Shown piece after piece: positions 28,848-42,680 of a DNA stretch of 64,000 bases. The position numbers and the translations under genes are program-made. The stretch covers positions 96,001 to 160,000 of the forward strand of contig CAVYSW010000009.1 of assembly GCA_963771275.1 (NCBI GenBank), written 5' to 3'. The stretch comes from an uncultured Gemmatimonadales bacterium (GTDB lineage: Bacteria > Gemmatimonadota > Gemmatimonadetes > Gemmatimonadales > GWC2-71-9). Numbering within the stretch: the first letter of the stretch is position 1; every line of letters begins with the position of its first letter. The notes below the pieces were generated by a model. That model had not been told where the DNA came from, did not search any database, and worked only from the letters and a program-made list of their open reading frames with translations.

Positions 28848-31772
28848 TCACCAGCGGCGCCCGGACTTGAGCAGCGCCTCGACGCCGCCGGGCTCGAGCG
28901 GCCCCGCGAACAGGTACCCCTGCATCGCGTCACAGCCGAGGCCCTCGAGATAGGCCCGCTGGCCCTCGGTCTCCACGCCCTCGGCGACCACCGCCATGCT
29001 GAGGTTGCGGGCGAGCGTCACGATCGTCCGCACGATCTCGCGGTTCTCGGCGTCGACCTCCACGCGGTTGACGAACGAGCGGTCCACCTTGAGCGCGTCG
29101 AGCGGGAAGCGGTGCAGATAGCCAAGCGACGAGTACCCCGTCCCGAAGTCGTCCACCTCGACCTGCACGCCGAGCTCCTTGAGCCGCGTCAGGAGCCGGA
29201 CGCTCGCTTCGGCGTGATCCATCAGGATGCTCTCGGTGATCTCGAGCCGCAGCCCCGAAGCGGGGAGGCCGGTGTCGGCGAGGGCCCCCGCGACCGTTTC
29301 GACCAGCGCCGGATCGCCGAACTGGCGCGGCGACAGATTGACGCTGACCGCCACCGGATGGCCGTTCGTCACCGCGCGCCACGCGTGCATCTGGCGGCAC
29401 GCCTCGCGCAGCACCCACTGCCCGATCGGCACGATCTGCCCGGTCTCCTCCGCCACCCGGATGAACTCCTGCGGCGACACGAGCCCGCGCTCCGGGTGGT
29501 GCCAGCGGAGCAGCGCCTCCAGGCCCGACACCCGGCCGGTCGCGACGGAGACGACCGGCTGATACGCCAGCCCGAACTCGTGCCGCTCCAGCGCGCGGCG
29601 CAGGTCGGTCTCGAGCCGGAGCAGCGAAACCGCCGTGCGATGCATGTCGGCGTCGAACACCTCGTGCCGCGCCCGCCCGCGCGACTTGGCGCGGTACATC
29701 GCCGTGTCCGCGTCGCGCAGCACCTCCTCCGGCCGGAGGTAGTGCACGTCGCTCAGCGCGATGCCGATGCTGGCGCTGGTGAACACCTCATGCGAGCCCA
29801 CGAGCACCGGGGAGATGAACTCGGCCTGGATCCGTTCCGCCACCTGGATCGCGTCGGCGGAATCGTGGATGTCCTCGAGCAGAATCGTGAACTCGTCGCC
29901 CCCGAGCCGCGCCACCGTGTCCTCGGGCCGGACGCACGCGCCGAGACGACGGGCCACCTCGACCAGCAACTGGTCCCCGACCATGTGGCCCAGGCTGTCG
30001 TTCACGTTCTTGAACCGGTCCACGTCGAGAAACAACACCGCGAAGCGTGTGTCGCGCCGGCGCTTGAGGCGGATCACCGCACGGTCGAGCAGCGTGGTGA
30101 ACAGGGCCCGGTTGGGCAGGCCGGTGAGGGTGTCGTGCAGGGCATCATGGACCAGGCGCTCCTCCGCCCACTTCCGGTCGCTGACGTCGGTGAGCGAGCC
30201 GGCCATCCGTGTCGCGCGACCCTGGGCATCCCGCTCGGCCACGCCGCGGCACAGCGCCCAGCGGTAGCTCCCGTCCCGGTGCAGCAGGCGATGCTCGCTC
30301 TCGAAGTGGTCCGACGCGCTGCTGAGGTGATCGTCCAGCTCCCGGCGCACCCGCTCGACATCTTCGGGATGCACGCGGCCGAGCCAGTCCTCCAGCGTCG
30401 CCCCCACGTCGCCGCCCCCGTACCCCAGCATCGCCTTCCAGCGCGCCGAGTAGTAGACCGCCCCCCGCGCCAGATCCCAATCCCACAGCCCGTCGTTGGA
30501 GCCGCGCGCCGCGAGCGCGTAGCGCTCCTCGCTCTCGCGCAGCGCCTGCGCGGTGCGCAGCCGCTCGGTGGCGTCGCGCATCATGCCGCGATAGCCGACG
30601 ATCCACCCCGACCCGTCGCGGACCGGGGCGACCGACGCCTCGACCCCCCGCGACTGGCCGTCGGCCCGCGTGATCACCCACTCGGTCCGCTGCGGCGTCC
30701 CGCTGGCGTACACCTCGCTCAAAACCCGCTCTACGCGCGCGGCGTTCCCCGCGTCCACGAACTCGCGATAGGCGGACCCCACGAGCCGGCTCGCCGGATG
30801 GCCCAGCAGCCGCTCCAGCGCGGGGTTGCACGCCGTGAGCTTGCCGGCGGTATCGAGCTCGTAGTAACCGTCCTCGATGGTCTCGAGAATCGTGCGGGCG
30901 CGCTCCTCGCTCTCGCGCATCGCCTCCTCGGCATGCTTCCGCTCGCTGATGTCGTTGGTCAGCCCGAGCAGACACGGCTCGCCCTGCAGCTGAACGAGGT
31001 CCGCCGAGAACAGGCCGGTGCGCAGCGCGCCCGTCTTGGTGCGGAACGTGTACTCGAAGTCCCGCACCTTCCCGTCCCGCTCCACCCGCGCCATCATGCG
31101 GTCGCGCTCGCGCGGCTCCGCCCAGAGGCCGAGCGTGATGCTCGAGCGCCCCAGCACCTCCTCCCGCGCGTACCCCATGATCGCGACGAACGCGTCGTTG
31201 ACGTCGACCAGTCGGCCGTCGGCCGCGCTGCTGATCGTCGCCGGCCCCGGGGCCGAGCGGAATGCCAGCGAGAACTTCTCTTCGGAGGAGCGGAGCGCTT
31301 CGAGAGTCTGCTTGAGCTGCGTGACGTCGCGGTAGATGCCGTACACGACGGTCCGCCCGCCGGCGAGCCGGATCGGCGTGCCGAGCACCGAAACGTCGAT
31401 CGGCGTGCCGTCCCGGCGGCGGCGCACCGTCTCGAAGCTCACCCGCCCGCCGGCCGCGACCCGCGCCGTGGCAGCCGCGGCCTCCCCGTGCAGCGCCGTC
31501 GGGGCCAGCAGGTCGTCGAGCGACTGCCCGCGCGCCTCGTCCGCCGTGTAGCCGAACATCCGGGTGAACTCGGTGTTTGTCCGGATCACACGGCTCTCGA
31601 TGTCCGCAAGGACGATCGCCTCCGGCGCGGTCTCGAACAGCTGCTCGAGCAGTACGCCCTCGCTCCCGTTCGACGATCCGCCCCGCGCGCGCGCGCGTCG
31701 CCCCCGCGCCAGCCACGCGGCGAGGGCCCCCAGCAGGAAAGCCAGAGCGGCGGCGAAGAGGGTCGGCCACAT
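28848..31772 (-). CDS. Multi-PAS GGDEF-EAL c-di-GMP signalling protein
   Basis: N-terminal TM, four PAS domains, ARLGGDEF, EAL, DDFGTGYSSL, AEGVET, QGY. Confidence 0.95.
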   Translation of the reverse strand: MWPTLFAAALAFLLGALAAWLARGRRARARGGSSNGSEGVLLEQLFETAPEAIVLADIESRVIRTNTEFTRMFGYTADEARGQSLDDLLAPTALHGEAAAATARVAAGGRVSFETVRRRRDGTPIDVSVLGTPIRLAGGRTVVYGIYRDVTQLKQTLEALRSSEEKFSLAFRSAPGPATISSAADGRLVDVNDAFVAIMGYAREEVLGRSSITLGLWAEPRERDRMMARVERDGKVRDFEYTFRTKTGALRTGLFSADLVQLQGEPCLLGLTNDISERKHAEEAMRESEERARTILETIEDGYYELDTAGKLTACNPALERLLGHPASRLVGSAYREFVDAGNAARVERVLSEVYASGTPQRTEWVITRADGQSRGVEASVAPVRDGSGWIVGYRGMMRDATERLRTAQALRESEERYALAARGSNDGLWDWDLARGAVYYSARWKAMLGYGGGDVGATLEDWLGRVHPEDVERVRRELDDHLSSASDHFESEHRLLHRDGSYRWALCRGVAERDAQGRATRMAGSLTDVSDRKWAEERLVHDALHDTLTGLPNRALFTTLLDRAVIRLKRRRDTRFAVLFLDVDRFKNVNDSLGHMVGDQLLVEVARRLGACVRPEDTVARLGGDEFTILLEDIHDSADAIQVAERIQAEFISPVLVGSHEVFTSASIGIALSDVHYLRPEEVLRDADTAMYRAKSRGRARHEVFDADMHRTAVSLLRLETDLRRALERHEFGLAYQPVVSVATGRVSGLEALLRWHHPERGLVSPQEFIRVAEETGQIVPIGQWVLREACRQMHAWRAVTNGHPVAVSVNLSPRQFGDPALVETVAGALADTGLPASGLRLEITESILMDHAEASVRLLTRLKELGVQVEVDDFGTGYSSLGYLHRFPLDALKVDRSFVNRVEVDAENREIVRTIVTLARNLSMAVVAEGVETEGQRAYLEGLGCDAMQGYLFAGPLEPGGVEALLKSGRRW

Positions 31773-31888
31773 GACCCAACAATAAGGAAGAGTCGTGCCC
31801 GACCGTCACACTGGTTGGATCACCAAAGGCACTGAACGGCAATCACTTGGAACGCGAGCGAGCGCTCACGTCATGGCAGGGGCCCCGC

Positions 31889-33295
31889 TCACTGTGGCAC
31901 TATGCGGTAGAGGCTGCCGCTTTGCGTCATGATGTAGAGGTTGCCACCCCCATCCTCGCCAAACGACGTGACGCCGCTGCCAACCGCCAAGGCGGGCCAG
32001 TCCCGGGGGTCGGTGGCCTGCCCCGCGACGTAGGTGAAGCTCCGGATCCAGCCCGTGCAGTAGTCCGAGTAGAGGTAACGGCCACGCAGCACGGGCAGCG
32101 CCTGGCCGCGGTAGACGTACCCGCCCGTGATCGAGCAGGCGTTGTCCGTGTGGGGATAGTCGATGACGGGGCGAGTGAGGCCCGCCTGCGCGCAGCTCGC
32201 CGCGCCGTAGCACGCGGTGCCCTCCATGATGTTCCAGCCGTAGTTGGCTCCACCCGCGCTGCCGGCCGGTTGGACGTCCACTTCCTCGCGCGCCGACTGG
32301 CCCACGTCGGCGATGTAGAGGTCGCCCGTCGCCGCGTCGAAGGAGAAGCGCCACGGATTCCGCAGCCCCCACGCCCAGATCTCGCCCCGCACGCCGGTGA
32401 CCCCCACGAACGGGTTGTCGGCGGGAATCGCGTACGGGCTGCCGCCGTCCACGTCGATCCGCAGGAGCTTGCCGAGCAGGGTGCCCCGGTTCTGTCCGTT
32501 GCCCTGGGGATCGCCGCCCGATCCCCCGTCCCCGAAGCCGATGTAGAGCATACCGTCGGGCCCGAAGGCGACGAGCCCGCCGTTGTGGTTCGCGTAGGGC
32601 TGGCCCAGGAAGAGGACCTCGGCAGCCGAGGCCGGATCGGCGACCTCGGGATTGGCGCTCGTGCGGTACCGCACGACGCGCGAGTCGCCATTCGTATCGG
32701 TATACGAGACGTAGCAATACCGGTTGGTCTGGTAGTCCGGGTGGAACGCCATGCTGAGCAGGCCCCGCTCGCCGCCCGCGCTCACGAGGCCGGAGACGTC
32801 GAGAAAGGGCGTGGCCAGCAGCGTGTCGTTCCGGATCACGCGGATCAGCCCCCCCTGCTCCACCACGAACAGCCTGGTGAGGTCGCCGGGCGGGGTCGTG
32901 AGAAACAGCGGCGCGGCAAGCCGGTCGGTGACGAGCGCGAGCCCGGGCACCGCCACGGGCCCCGCGCTCACCGTCACGGCCGCCGAATCCTGCAGCGTGT
33001 CGACGGCGGCCACGACCTGCGTCAGCCCGGCGGCGACACCGCGCACGAGCCCATCCGCCGAGACCGCCGCCACGTCCGTGTCCCGGCTCGTCCACGCCGC
33101 AGCCTGGGCGACCGTATCGCCGGCGCCGGTGGCGAGCAGGGCGGCGAGCCGGGCCGTGTCGCCCACCGCGATCAGCAGGGTGGCGGGGGAAACGACGAGA
33201 GCGGTGTCGACCGACCCGGGCGGGCCCTCCCCATCACCGCAGGCGTGGAGGCCGGCGGCGGCGAGACAGCTCCAGCAGGCGAAGGTTCTCAGCAT
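31889..33295 (-). CDS. PQQ-dependent sugar dehydrogenase (GSDH family) lipoprotein with an Ig-like (Big_2) domain
   Basis: GERGLLSMAFHP, NHNGG..FGPDGMLY..GDGG, GLRNPWRFSFD, NYGW; lipobox LHAC. Confidence 0.88.
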   Translation of the reverse strand: MLRTFACWSCLAAAGLHACGDGEGPPGSVDTALVVSPATLLIAVGDTARLAALLATGAGDTVAQAAAWTSRDTDVAAVSADGLVRGVAAGLTQVVAAVDTLQDSAAVTVSAGPVAVPGLALVTDRLAAPLFLTTPPGDLTRLFVVEQGGLIRVIRNDTLLATPFLDVSGLVSAGGERGLLSMAFHPDYQTNRYCYVSYTDTNGDSRVVRYRTSANPEVADPASAAEVLFLGQPYANHNGGLVAFGPDGMLYIGFGDGGSGGDPQGNGQNRGTLLGKLLRIDVDGGSPYAIPADNPFVGVTGVRGEIWAWGLRNPWRFSFDAATGDLYIADVGQSAREEVDVQPAGSAGGANYGWNIMEGTACYGAASCAQAGLTRPVIDYPHTDNACSITGGYVYRGQALPVLRGRYLYSDYCTGWIRSFTYVAGQATDPRDWPALAVGSGVTSFGEDGGGNLYIMTQSGSLYRIVPQ

Positions 33296-33353
33296 CAGCG
33301 CAAGATAGCCCGGACCGGTCCATGGCGCCCCGGTCTCGCTGCTATAATCCGGC

Positions 33354-34595
33354 GTGCGCAAGTCGCTCCTCGCCCTGCTGGTGCCCGAAGGGCTGATCGT
33401 GCTGGCGGCCGCGGCGCTGCTCCGCTGGGACGCGACGCTCGCCCCGATCGCTCCGTTTCTCCCCGCCTACCCGTGGGTCGCCCTCGCCGCCGCGGCCCTC
33501 CTGGCCGTGCGGTTCGGCCGGAGCGGCGTGGTGTTCGGTCTGGCCGCCCTGGCGCTCGCCGAGCGCGCCGTGGCGTTGAGCGGCGCCGCGCCGGCGGTGC
33601 TGCGCGCCACGGGCCTGCTGCTCCCGCTCAACCTCGCCGCGTTCGGGGCGCTGCCCCAGCGCGGGCTGCTGAGCGCCTCCGGGGCGCGCCGCGCCCTCGC
33701 GCTGCTCAGCCAGGTGGCCCTCGTGCTGGTCCTGGCCCGCCCGGACCAGCGTGACGCGGCGGCTCTGCTGGACGCGCGGTTGCTGCCCGGCTGGCTCGGC
33801 GGGGGAGCGCCGGTGGGCGATCTCGCGCTCGTGGCATTCGCCGCCGCGGCGATCCTGTTCGTCGTGCTGATCGTGCGCCATCCCGGCCCGCAGCCCCGCG
33901 GGTTCCTCTGGGCGCTCGTGGCGGGCGTGCTGGCGCTTTCCGCCGGATCCGGCGCCGTCGTGGCCGGCCTGACGGCGGCGACCTTCCTGTTCGGCACCGC
34001 CGCGCTGGTACTGCTCGTGGCCGTGGTCGAGGGATCGCACGCGCTCGCCTTTCGCGACGCGCTGACCGGCCTGCCCAGTCGCCGCGCGTTCGACGACGCC
34101 CTGCGGCGGCTCGCTGGACCCTGCGCGATCGCCATGGTGGACGTGGACCACTTCAAGGCGGTCAACGACCGGCACGGGCACGACGTCGGCGATCAGGTGC
34201 TGCGCATGGTGGCGCGCGTGCTGGAGGACGTGGGACACGGCGGCCGCGCGTTCCGCTACGGCGGTGAGGAATTCGCGCTGGTATTCCCGGCCGCGAACGC
34301 CGCGGATTATACCAGGGCGCTCGAGGAGCGGCGCGCCGCCGTGGAGGCGTCGGCATTCACGCTGCGCTCGCCGGATCGCCCGCGGAGGAAGCCGAAGCGG
34401 CCGGCGCGACGCGCGGCGCAGAGCCGGCTGGGTGTGACGATCAGCATCGGCGTGGCCGAGCGCGCCGGGGCCGACGTCCCGCCAGACGCCGTGGTGCTGG
34501 CCGCGGATGAAGCGCTGTATCGCGCCAAGGACGCCGGCCGCAACCGGGTGATCGTGGCGGGCGGCCGTGGCGGACGGCCCGCGCGCGCGCCCTGA
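33354..34595 (+). CDS. Membrane-bound diguanylate cyclase (GGDEF)
   Basis: About 8 TM; DALTGL, DVDHFK.VND..GH..GD, RYGGEEF, ADEALY.AK..GRN. Confidence 0.93.
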   Translation: MRKSLLALLVPEGLIVLAAAALLRWDATLAPIAPFLPAYPWVALAAAALLAVRFGRSGVVFGLAALALAERAVALSGAAPAVLRATGLLLPLNLAAFGALPQRGLLSASGARRALALLSQVALVLVLARPDQRDAAALLDARLLPGWLGGGAPVGDLALVAFAAAAILFVVLIVRHPGPQPRGFLWALVAGVLALSAGSGAVVAGLTAATFLFGTAALVLLVAVVEGSHALAFRDALTGLPSRRAFDDALRRLAGPCAIAMVDVDHFKAVNDRHGHDVGDQVLRMVARVLEDVGHGGRAFRYGGEEFALVFPAANAADYTRALEERRAAVEASAFTLRSPDRPRRKPKRPARRAAQSRLGVTISIGVAERAGADVPPDAVVLAADEALYRAKDAGRNRVIVAGGRGGRPARAP

Positions 34596-34685
34596 GCGTG
34601 ACCCGGCGCCTGGCCTACCAGGGCGCTGGTTTCGTTCCCCATCCCGTGTTAGCCTTAGGCCTGCTCATCACCCAGAGGACATGCC

Positions 34686-34931
34686 ATGACGCCGGTCTCG
34701 GTCGCGCGGTTCGCGCAGGAGCTCGAGCACCTCAAGAAGCAGATGGACGTGGGCGCCCTGAAGCACGGCGAGTATGACCAGCGCCTGGCCCGCATGATCG
34801 GCGAGCTGCGCGAGCGCAAGGTCGAGGGCGGGCGGGACGACCTGACCAGGACGCTCGACGATCTGCTGAAGCGCGGCGTCATCACCCCCTCGGTACAGAG
34901 CCACATCACCAAGCGGCTCGGCCTGGAGTGA
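34686..34931 (+). CDS. Small hypothetical protein (81 aa, helical)
   Basis: AGAGGA RBS; host-like codon usage; no recognised motif. Confidence 0.7.
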   Translation: MTPVSVARFAQELEHLKKQMDVGALKHGEYDQRLARMIGELRERKVEGGRDDLTRTLDDLLKRGVITPSVQSHITKRLGLE

Positions 34932-34939
34932 CGCATGGA

Positions 34940-35063
34940 CGTCTAGCGTGTAGCGTCTAGCGTATAGCGTATCCCTCTCACGCTGCCCGCTGCACGCGAG
35001 ACGCTACACGCTACACGCTGCACGCTGCACGCTGCCCGCTGCACGCCGCACCCTGCACGACTA
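34940..35063. repeat. Degenerate 7-bp tandem repeats in inverted arrangement (TAGCGTx array facing a CACGCT[AG] array)
   Basis: gtctagc/gtgtagc/gtatagc units, then cacgctg/cacgcta/cccgctg units, between convergent genes. Confidence 0.85.
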
Positions 35064-36581
35064 CGTCCGCTTCAGCTCCACGCCCTCCCATTCCAGTCCT
35101 TCCACCGTTCCATCCGCGGCGAGCCGGAACGTCACCAGCGTCCGGCCGAGCCACGCGTTGCGCCAGCTGAGGGCGAACGTGTCGAAATGCCAGTGCGCGA
35201 GGTCCGCCGTGAGAAACGGCGAGCGGGCGAACACGAGGTGGTCGCCGGCCAGCGTGATCGTGACGGTGCCGCGCGTGCTGTCGGCGTACGTGCCCGCGTA
35301 GCGCTCCAGGGCGAGGGACGGATGCGTACCGGGCACGCGCCCGGCCTCGAGCGCCGCGCGGCGCGCCAGCGCCTGCGCGTCCAGGCTGTCGTACATCGCC
35401 TTGAGCTCCGCACTCCAGTCGCGCCGCGGCCCGCCCAGGTAGAGATCGAACACCCGGAGCATGAGCGCGTGCCGCAGCTCCGCGTGCTCGCGGTTGGCGA
35501 ACACCACGACACCGAGCGTGCGCTCGGGCAGCAATCCCACGATGGCCACGGTCCCGTCGATGCTCCCGGTGTGGAACGCCACGAATTCCCCGCGATAGTC
35601 CTGCAGGAACCACCCCATGCCGTAGGCGGTGAAGTGCGGCAGAGTGCGCCGCGCCGTCGGGTAGAACGAGGCCGTCGGGATGATCGTCTGCGGCCGGAAC
35701 AGCTCGGCGAGCGTCTCCCGCTTCACGAGGGCGCTGTCGCCCACCCGCCCGTCGTTCAGCAGGAACCGGATCCACCGCGCCATGTCGAGCACGCTCGAGT
35801 ACATCGCGCCGGCCGGCGCGATCGGGTCCACCAGCCGGCCGACGTCGGGGATCGCGCGCAGCGTGTCGTGCACCAGATCGTGCGGGCTCGCGACATCGGC
35901 GCCGGCGCCCAGGTCGTGGCCTTCGGTCACCGTCTCGCGCATGCCGAGGGGCTCGAGGATCCGCTCGCGGACCAGCGCGTCCCAGCCGCGCCCGTACGCC
36001 GTGCCGGCGATCACGCCGGCCGTGGCATACGTCACGTTGTTGTAGGCGTAGCGCGAGCGGAAGCTCGACTCGGGATCCACGAACCGCAGCCGGTGCAGGA
36101 TCGTCGCGTAGTCGTCATCCACGCCGTACCACAGGTAGTCGGGATCGCCGAACCCGACCTTGTGGCTCAGCAGGTCCCGCAGCGTGATCTCGCGGGTGAC
36201 GAACGGATCGCGCAGGGTGAACGCCGGCAGATGCCGCGTCACGGGGTCGTCCCACGCGAGCTTCCCCGCGTCCACCATCAGCGCCACGCCGACGGCCGTG
36301 AACGCCTTGGTCGTCGAGGCGTTGGCGAACAGCGTGTGGGCCGTGACCGAGTCCGTCGTGCCGAGGGTGCGCACCCCATAGCCGCGGGCGAAGACGACCG
36401 AGTCGCCGTGCACCACCGCGATCGCGAGCCCGGGCACCTGCCAGTCGCGCACGGCGCGCGCGACGTAGCTGTCGAGCGCCCGCAGGTCGGAGGCGCGGGG
36501 CGCCTGGGCGGCGAGCGGCGTGGCGCCGGCGGTGCCGGCGGCCGCGCTCGCGGTGAGCAGGACGATCGGATACAGCCGCAT
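35061..36581 (-). CDS. Serine hydrolase (beta-lactamase/peptidase S12 family) with a DUF3471-like C-terminal domain
   Basis: SxxK (ASTTK), YxN (YAYNN), HTG; signal peptide. Confidence 0.88.
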   Translation of the reverse strand: MRLYPIVLLTASAAAGTAGATPLAAQAPRASDLRALDSYVARAVRDWQVPGLAIAVVHGDSVVFARGYGVRTLGTTDSVTAHTLFANASTTKAFTAVGVALMVDAGKLAWDDPVTRHLPAFTLRDPFVTREITLRDLLSHKVGFGDPDYLWYGVDDDYATILHRLRFVDPESSFRSRYAYNNVTYATAGVIAGTAYGRGWDALVRERILEPLGMRETVTEGHDLGAGADVASPHDLVHDTLRAIPDVGRLVDPIAPAGAMYSSVLDMARWIRFLLNDGRVGDSALVKRETLAELFRPQTIIPTASFYPTARRTLPHFTAYGMGWFLQDYRGEFVAFHTGSIDGTVAIVGLLPERTLGVVVFANREHAELRHALMLRVFDLYLGGPRRDWSAELKAMYDSLDAQALARRAALEAGRVPGTHPSLALERYAGTYADSTRGTVTITLAGDHLVFARSPFLTADLAHWHFDTFALSWRNAWLGRTLVTFRLAADGTVEGLEWEGVELKRT

Positions 36582-36647
36582 GCGCGAGAGCTCCGGTGAG
36601 GGCGCGCCGGAACATCCGGGCCGCGCCATGCCCCGTCAAGCCGGTGA

Positions 36648-39899
<3,252 letters not shown>

Positions 39900-39901
39900 G
39901 C

Positions 39902-41149
39902 ATGCCGAGCCCCACGTCTCCGCCCGACGCGACCGATCTCGATCGGCTGCGCGCGGCATTCCGCACGCATTTCGGCGCCCCGGACGCGACCGCGCTGGTA
40001 CGCGCGCCCGGCCGCGTCAACCTGATCGGCGAGCACATCGACTACACCGGTCTCTCGGTGCTGCCGATGGCGCTGCAACGGCATGTCGCGCTGCTGCTCC
40101 GCCCGCGCGCCGACGCGACCGTGCGGATCGTGAGTCTCGAGTCCTCGTTCGAGCCACGCGAGTTCGCGATCGCGCACACGATCCCGCACTACCCGCTTGG
40201 CGACTGGGGCAACTATGTGAAGGCGCCTGCCCAGGCGCTGGCGCAGGAGTACGGCGCCCTCGTCGGGTTCGACGCGGTGCTCGGCTCCTCGGTGCCGGTG
40301 GCGGGCGGGCTCAGCTCGTCGTCGGCGCTGGTGATCGCGGTGGCCCTGGCGCTGCTCCGGGCGAACGACCTGTCGGAACCGCCGATCCCGCTCGCCGAGC
40401 GCATGGCGATCGCGGAGCGCTACGTCGGGCTCCAGGGCGGCGGGATGGATCAGGCCATCTGTCTGGGCGCCGAAGCGGGCACGGCGAGCCGCGTGGACTT
40501 CCACCCGCTCCGCATCACGCCCCGTCCCGTGCCGCCCGACTGGCGCATCATCGTCGCCTCGTCACTCACGCGCGCCGAGAAGTCGAGCGGCGCCAAGGAG
40601 CGCTACAACCGGCGCACCCAGGAGTGCCGCGCGGCGCTGGAGCGCGTGCGCGCCCACCTCGGCTACGAGGCGGAGGGGCCGGCCGCACCGGGCTATCGCG
40701 AGCTGCTGGCGGCGCATCAACCGGCGGAGCTCATCGAGGCGGGGACGGCCGTGCTGACGGATCCCGTCATGCAGCGCTACCGCCACGTCGTGACCGAGGC
40801 GGACCGCGTGGCGCGGTGCGAGGCGGCGCTCCTGGCCGGGGATCTCACCACGTTCGGGCGGCTGCTCACGGCCGGCCACGCGAGCCTGCGCGACGACTAT
40901 GAGGTCAGCTCAAAGGAACTCGATCAGCTCACGCGGATTGCCGAGGCGGCCGGCGCCGCGGGCGCGCGGCTCACGGGCGCCGGGATGGGGGGCTGCATTC
41001 TCGCGGCCGCCGACGAGGACTCGGTGACGGAGGTGCTGGCGGCGCTGACGCACGAATTCTACGACGGCCGGACGTACGCGGGGCCACTGGACCAGCACCT
41101 GTTCGTGGCCGAGCCGGCGGGAGGGGCGGGCGTGGAGGATCTGCGGTAG
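39902..41149 (+). CDS. galK: Galactokinase
   Basis: APGRVNLIGEHIDY, GGLSSSSA, GGMDQ, GARLTGAGMGGC. Confidence 0.93.
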   Translation: MPSPTSPPDATDLDRLRAAFRTHFGAPDATALVRAPGRVNLIGEHIDYTGLSVLPMALQRHVALLLRPRADATVRIVSLESSFEPREFAIAHTIPHYPLGDWGNYVKAPAQALAQEYGALVGFDAVLGSSVPVAGGLSSSSALVIAVALALLRANDLSEPPIPLAERMAIAERYVGLQGGGMDQAICLGAEAGTASRVDFHPLRITPRPVPPDWRIIVASSLTRAEKSSGAKERYNRRTQECRAALERVRAHLGYEAEGPAAPGYRELLAAHQPAELIEAGTAVLTDPVMQRYRHVVTEADRVARCEAALLAGDLTTFGRLLTAGHASLRDDYEVSSKELDQLTRIAEAAGAAGARLTGAGMGGCILAAADEDSVTEVLAALTHEFYDGRTYAGPLDQHLFVAEPAGGAGVEDLR

Positions 41150-41233
41150 GGGTAGCGGACCGGCTCGCGCGTGGAGGACCGCCCTGGAGAGGCAGATGAC
41201 GGGTCACCTTTTCCTTGTTCACGCTTCACCGTT

Positions 41234-42127
41234 TCACTCGAGCCTGCCCACCAATCGACCGACGTTCGCGGTCGCGACCTTCTCCCGAGTACTGTCTGAC
41301 AGCTGGCTCAGGAAAAGCCGGATGCGATCGATCTTCCGCCGCTCGTTTTCCATGGAGCGGTAGCTGGCATCGGTTCCAACGATGAAGCGTGTCGCATGGC
41401 TTTCAATCAGCGCAAGCCATTCGGGCCAGACCAGCGAGTCGTTGCGAAAGATCGTGTAGTCGGGTGACCGCGGGTGGCGACTCCAGGTGCGCGCACTCAG
41501 GTCGTAGACGAGGTTGGGATGAGCGTCCAGCATCCGTGACGCCAGCACCAGCTGCGTGTAGCCGCCGTGGGCCCACATCACCGGCACGCGCGGGAACGAA
41601 TCGAGCAGCGCCGAGAATTCCCGGAGGCGCGTCACTTCGCAATGAACGAGGACCGGCACCTGGCGGCGGTCCGCCACCCGCATGATGCCGCGCATGATCG
41701 GCCCGGTGGGATCGAAATCCGACTCCGGGAACTCGTCACCGCCAAAATGCACGACACTGATTTCGCCGACGCCACGAAACTGGCCCGCCTCGAGCATCCG
41801 ATCCAACTCGGTGACCAGCGTCGTATCCTGGCTGATCCACCGCTGGCGATACTCCCGCCGCTCGGGGGATACGGACGCGAATGGGATGAGACGGCCGCCG
41901 GACCGGCGGGCCGCCTGCAGGATGCCGTCATTCGTCCCGCGGGCGCCGATGAAGGCGATGGCACTGACGATGCCCGCTCGCTTCATTAGCGCCAGCGCGC
42001 TGTCGGGTTCATTCAAGTGAACGTGGGCGTCGACGAACGGAATGCGTGGCTCTTGTGGTGACGGGCCGCTCGAGCCCATCGCGCCAGCCATCAGGACCGT
42101 GCAACCGAGAGCAAGGAGGACGCGCAT
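41234..42127 (-). CDS. Amidohydrolase/TatD-like metallo-dependent hydrolase, secreted
   Basis: DAHVH, GVGEI, LVH, WAHGG, GTD motifs. Confidence 0.8.
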   Translation of the reverse strand: MRVLLALGCTVLMAGAMGSSGPSPQEPRIPFVDAHVHLNEPDSALALMKRAGIVSAIAFIGARGTNDGILQAARRSGGRLIPFASVSPERREYRQRWISQDTTLVTELDRMLEAGQFRGVGEISVVHFGGDEFPESDFDPTGPIMRGIMRVADRRQVPVLVHCEVTRLREFSALLDSFPRVPVMWAHGGYTQLVLASRMLDAHPNLVYDLSARTWSRHPRSPDYTIFRNDSLVWPEWLALIESHATRFIVGTDASYRSMENERRKIDRIRLFLSQLSDSTREKVATANVGRLVGRLE

Positions 42128-42235
42128 GGTGCCTGGTTGGTTGTTGGTTGGCAGTTCCCCGTTCGACACCGTAACCACGGGCATAGCGGGCCGGACAGCC
42201 TCGAGCGCCGGTGAGGCGGCTCGCGCGGCTCGGCG

Positions 42236-42680
42236 CTACTGGGATCGAACCCGATCCAGAACGAATCGGATTACGGCGATCACCAACTGCGGCTCGTCAC
42301 TCTGAATATCGTGACCGCTGCGCGCCGAATCGATGTGAATGCCGTTGCTCGAGCGCCGAAACCACTCATCGTGCAACGCCCGCCAGACGTCGTGGCCACG
42401 GATCGTCGCATTGACGTACGGCGACGCCGAGTCTGCCTTCCTGCTCGTCAGCACGGCGATCGGGAGGTCGGGCAGCGGGGCCATGCCCTCCACGGCTCGA
42501 GCTGAATGGTCCGACGAGCCCGGATCGGATCGACCCAAGCCGGCGCGCGAGTACGCGATCGCCGTGGTGTATTCGCCGATGGCAGGCACGAGCGGAGCCC
42601 TCGTATCCAGCGAATCCGCCAGACCGGTTTCAAAGATGACGGCTGGGCTTCCCCTCCCGACACGAACTACATCAAGGAAC
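42236..42680 (-). pseudogene. Internally deleted alpha/beta hydrolase remnant
   Basis: N-terminal SPAVIFETGL..AYSRAGLGRSD joined directly to C-terminal PIAVLT..SGHDIQSDEP; no GxSxG nucleophile region; in-frame stop upstream and no clear start. Confidence 0.6.

Noticed and set aside
31773..31888. c-di-GMP or other riboswitch upstream of the GGDEF-EAL gene
   Set aside because: No recognisable consensus by eye; an Rfam/Infernal scan would be needed
34940..35063. Possible CRISPR array
   Set aside because: Units are 7 bp with no unique spacers, and there are no cas genes in the window
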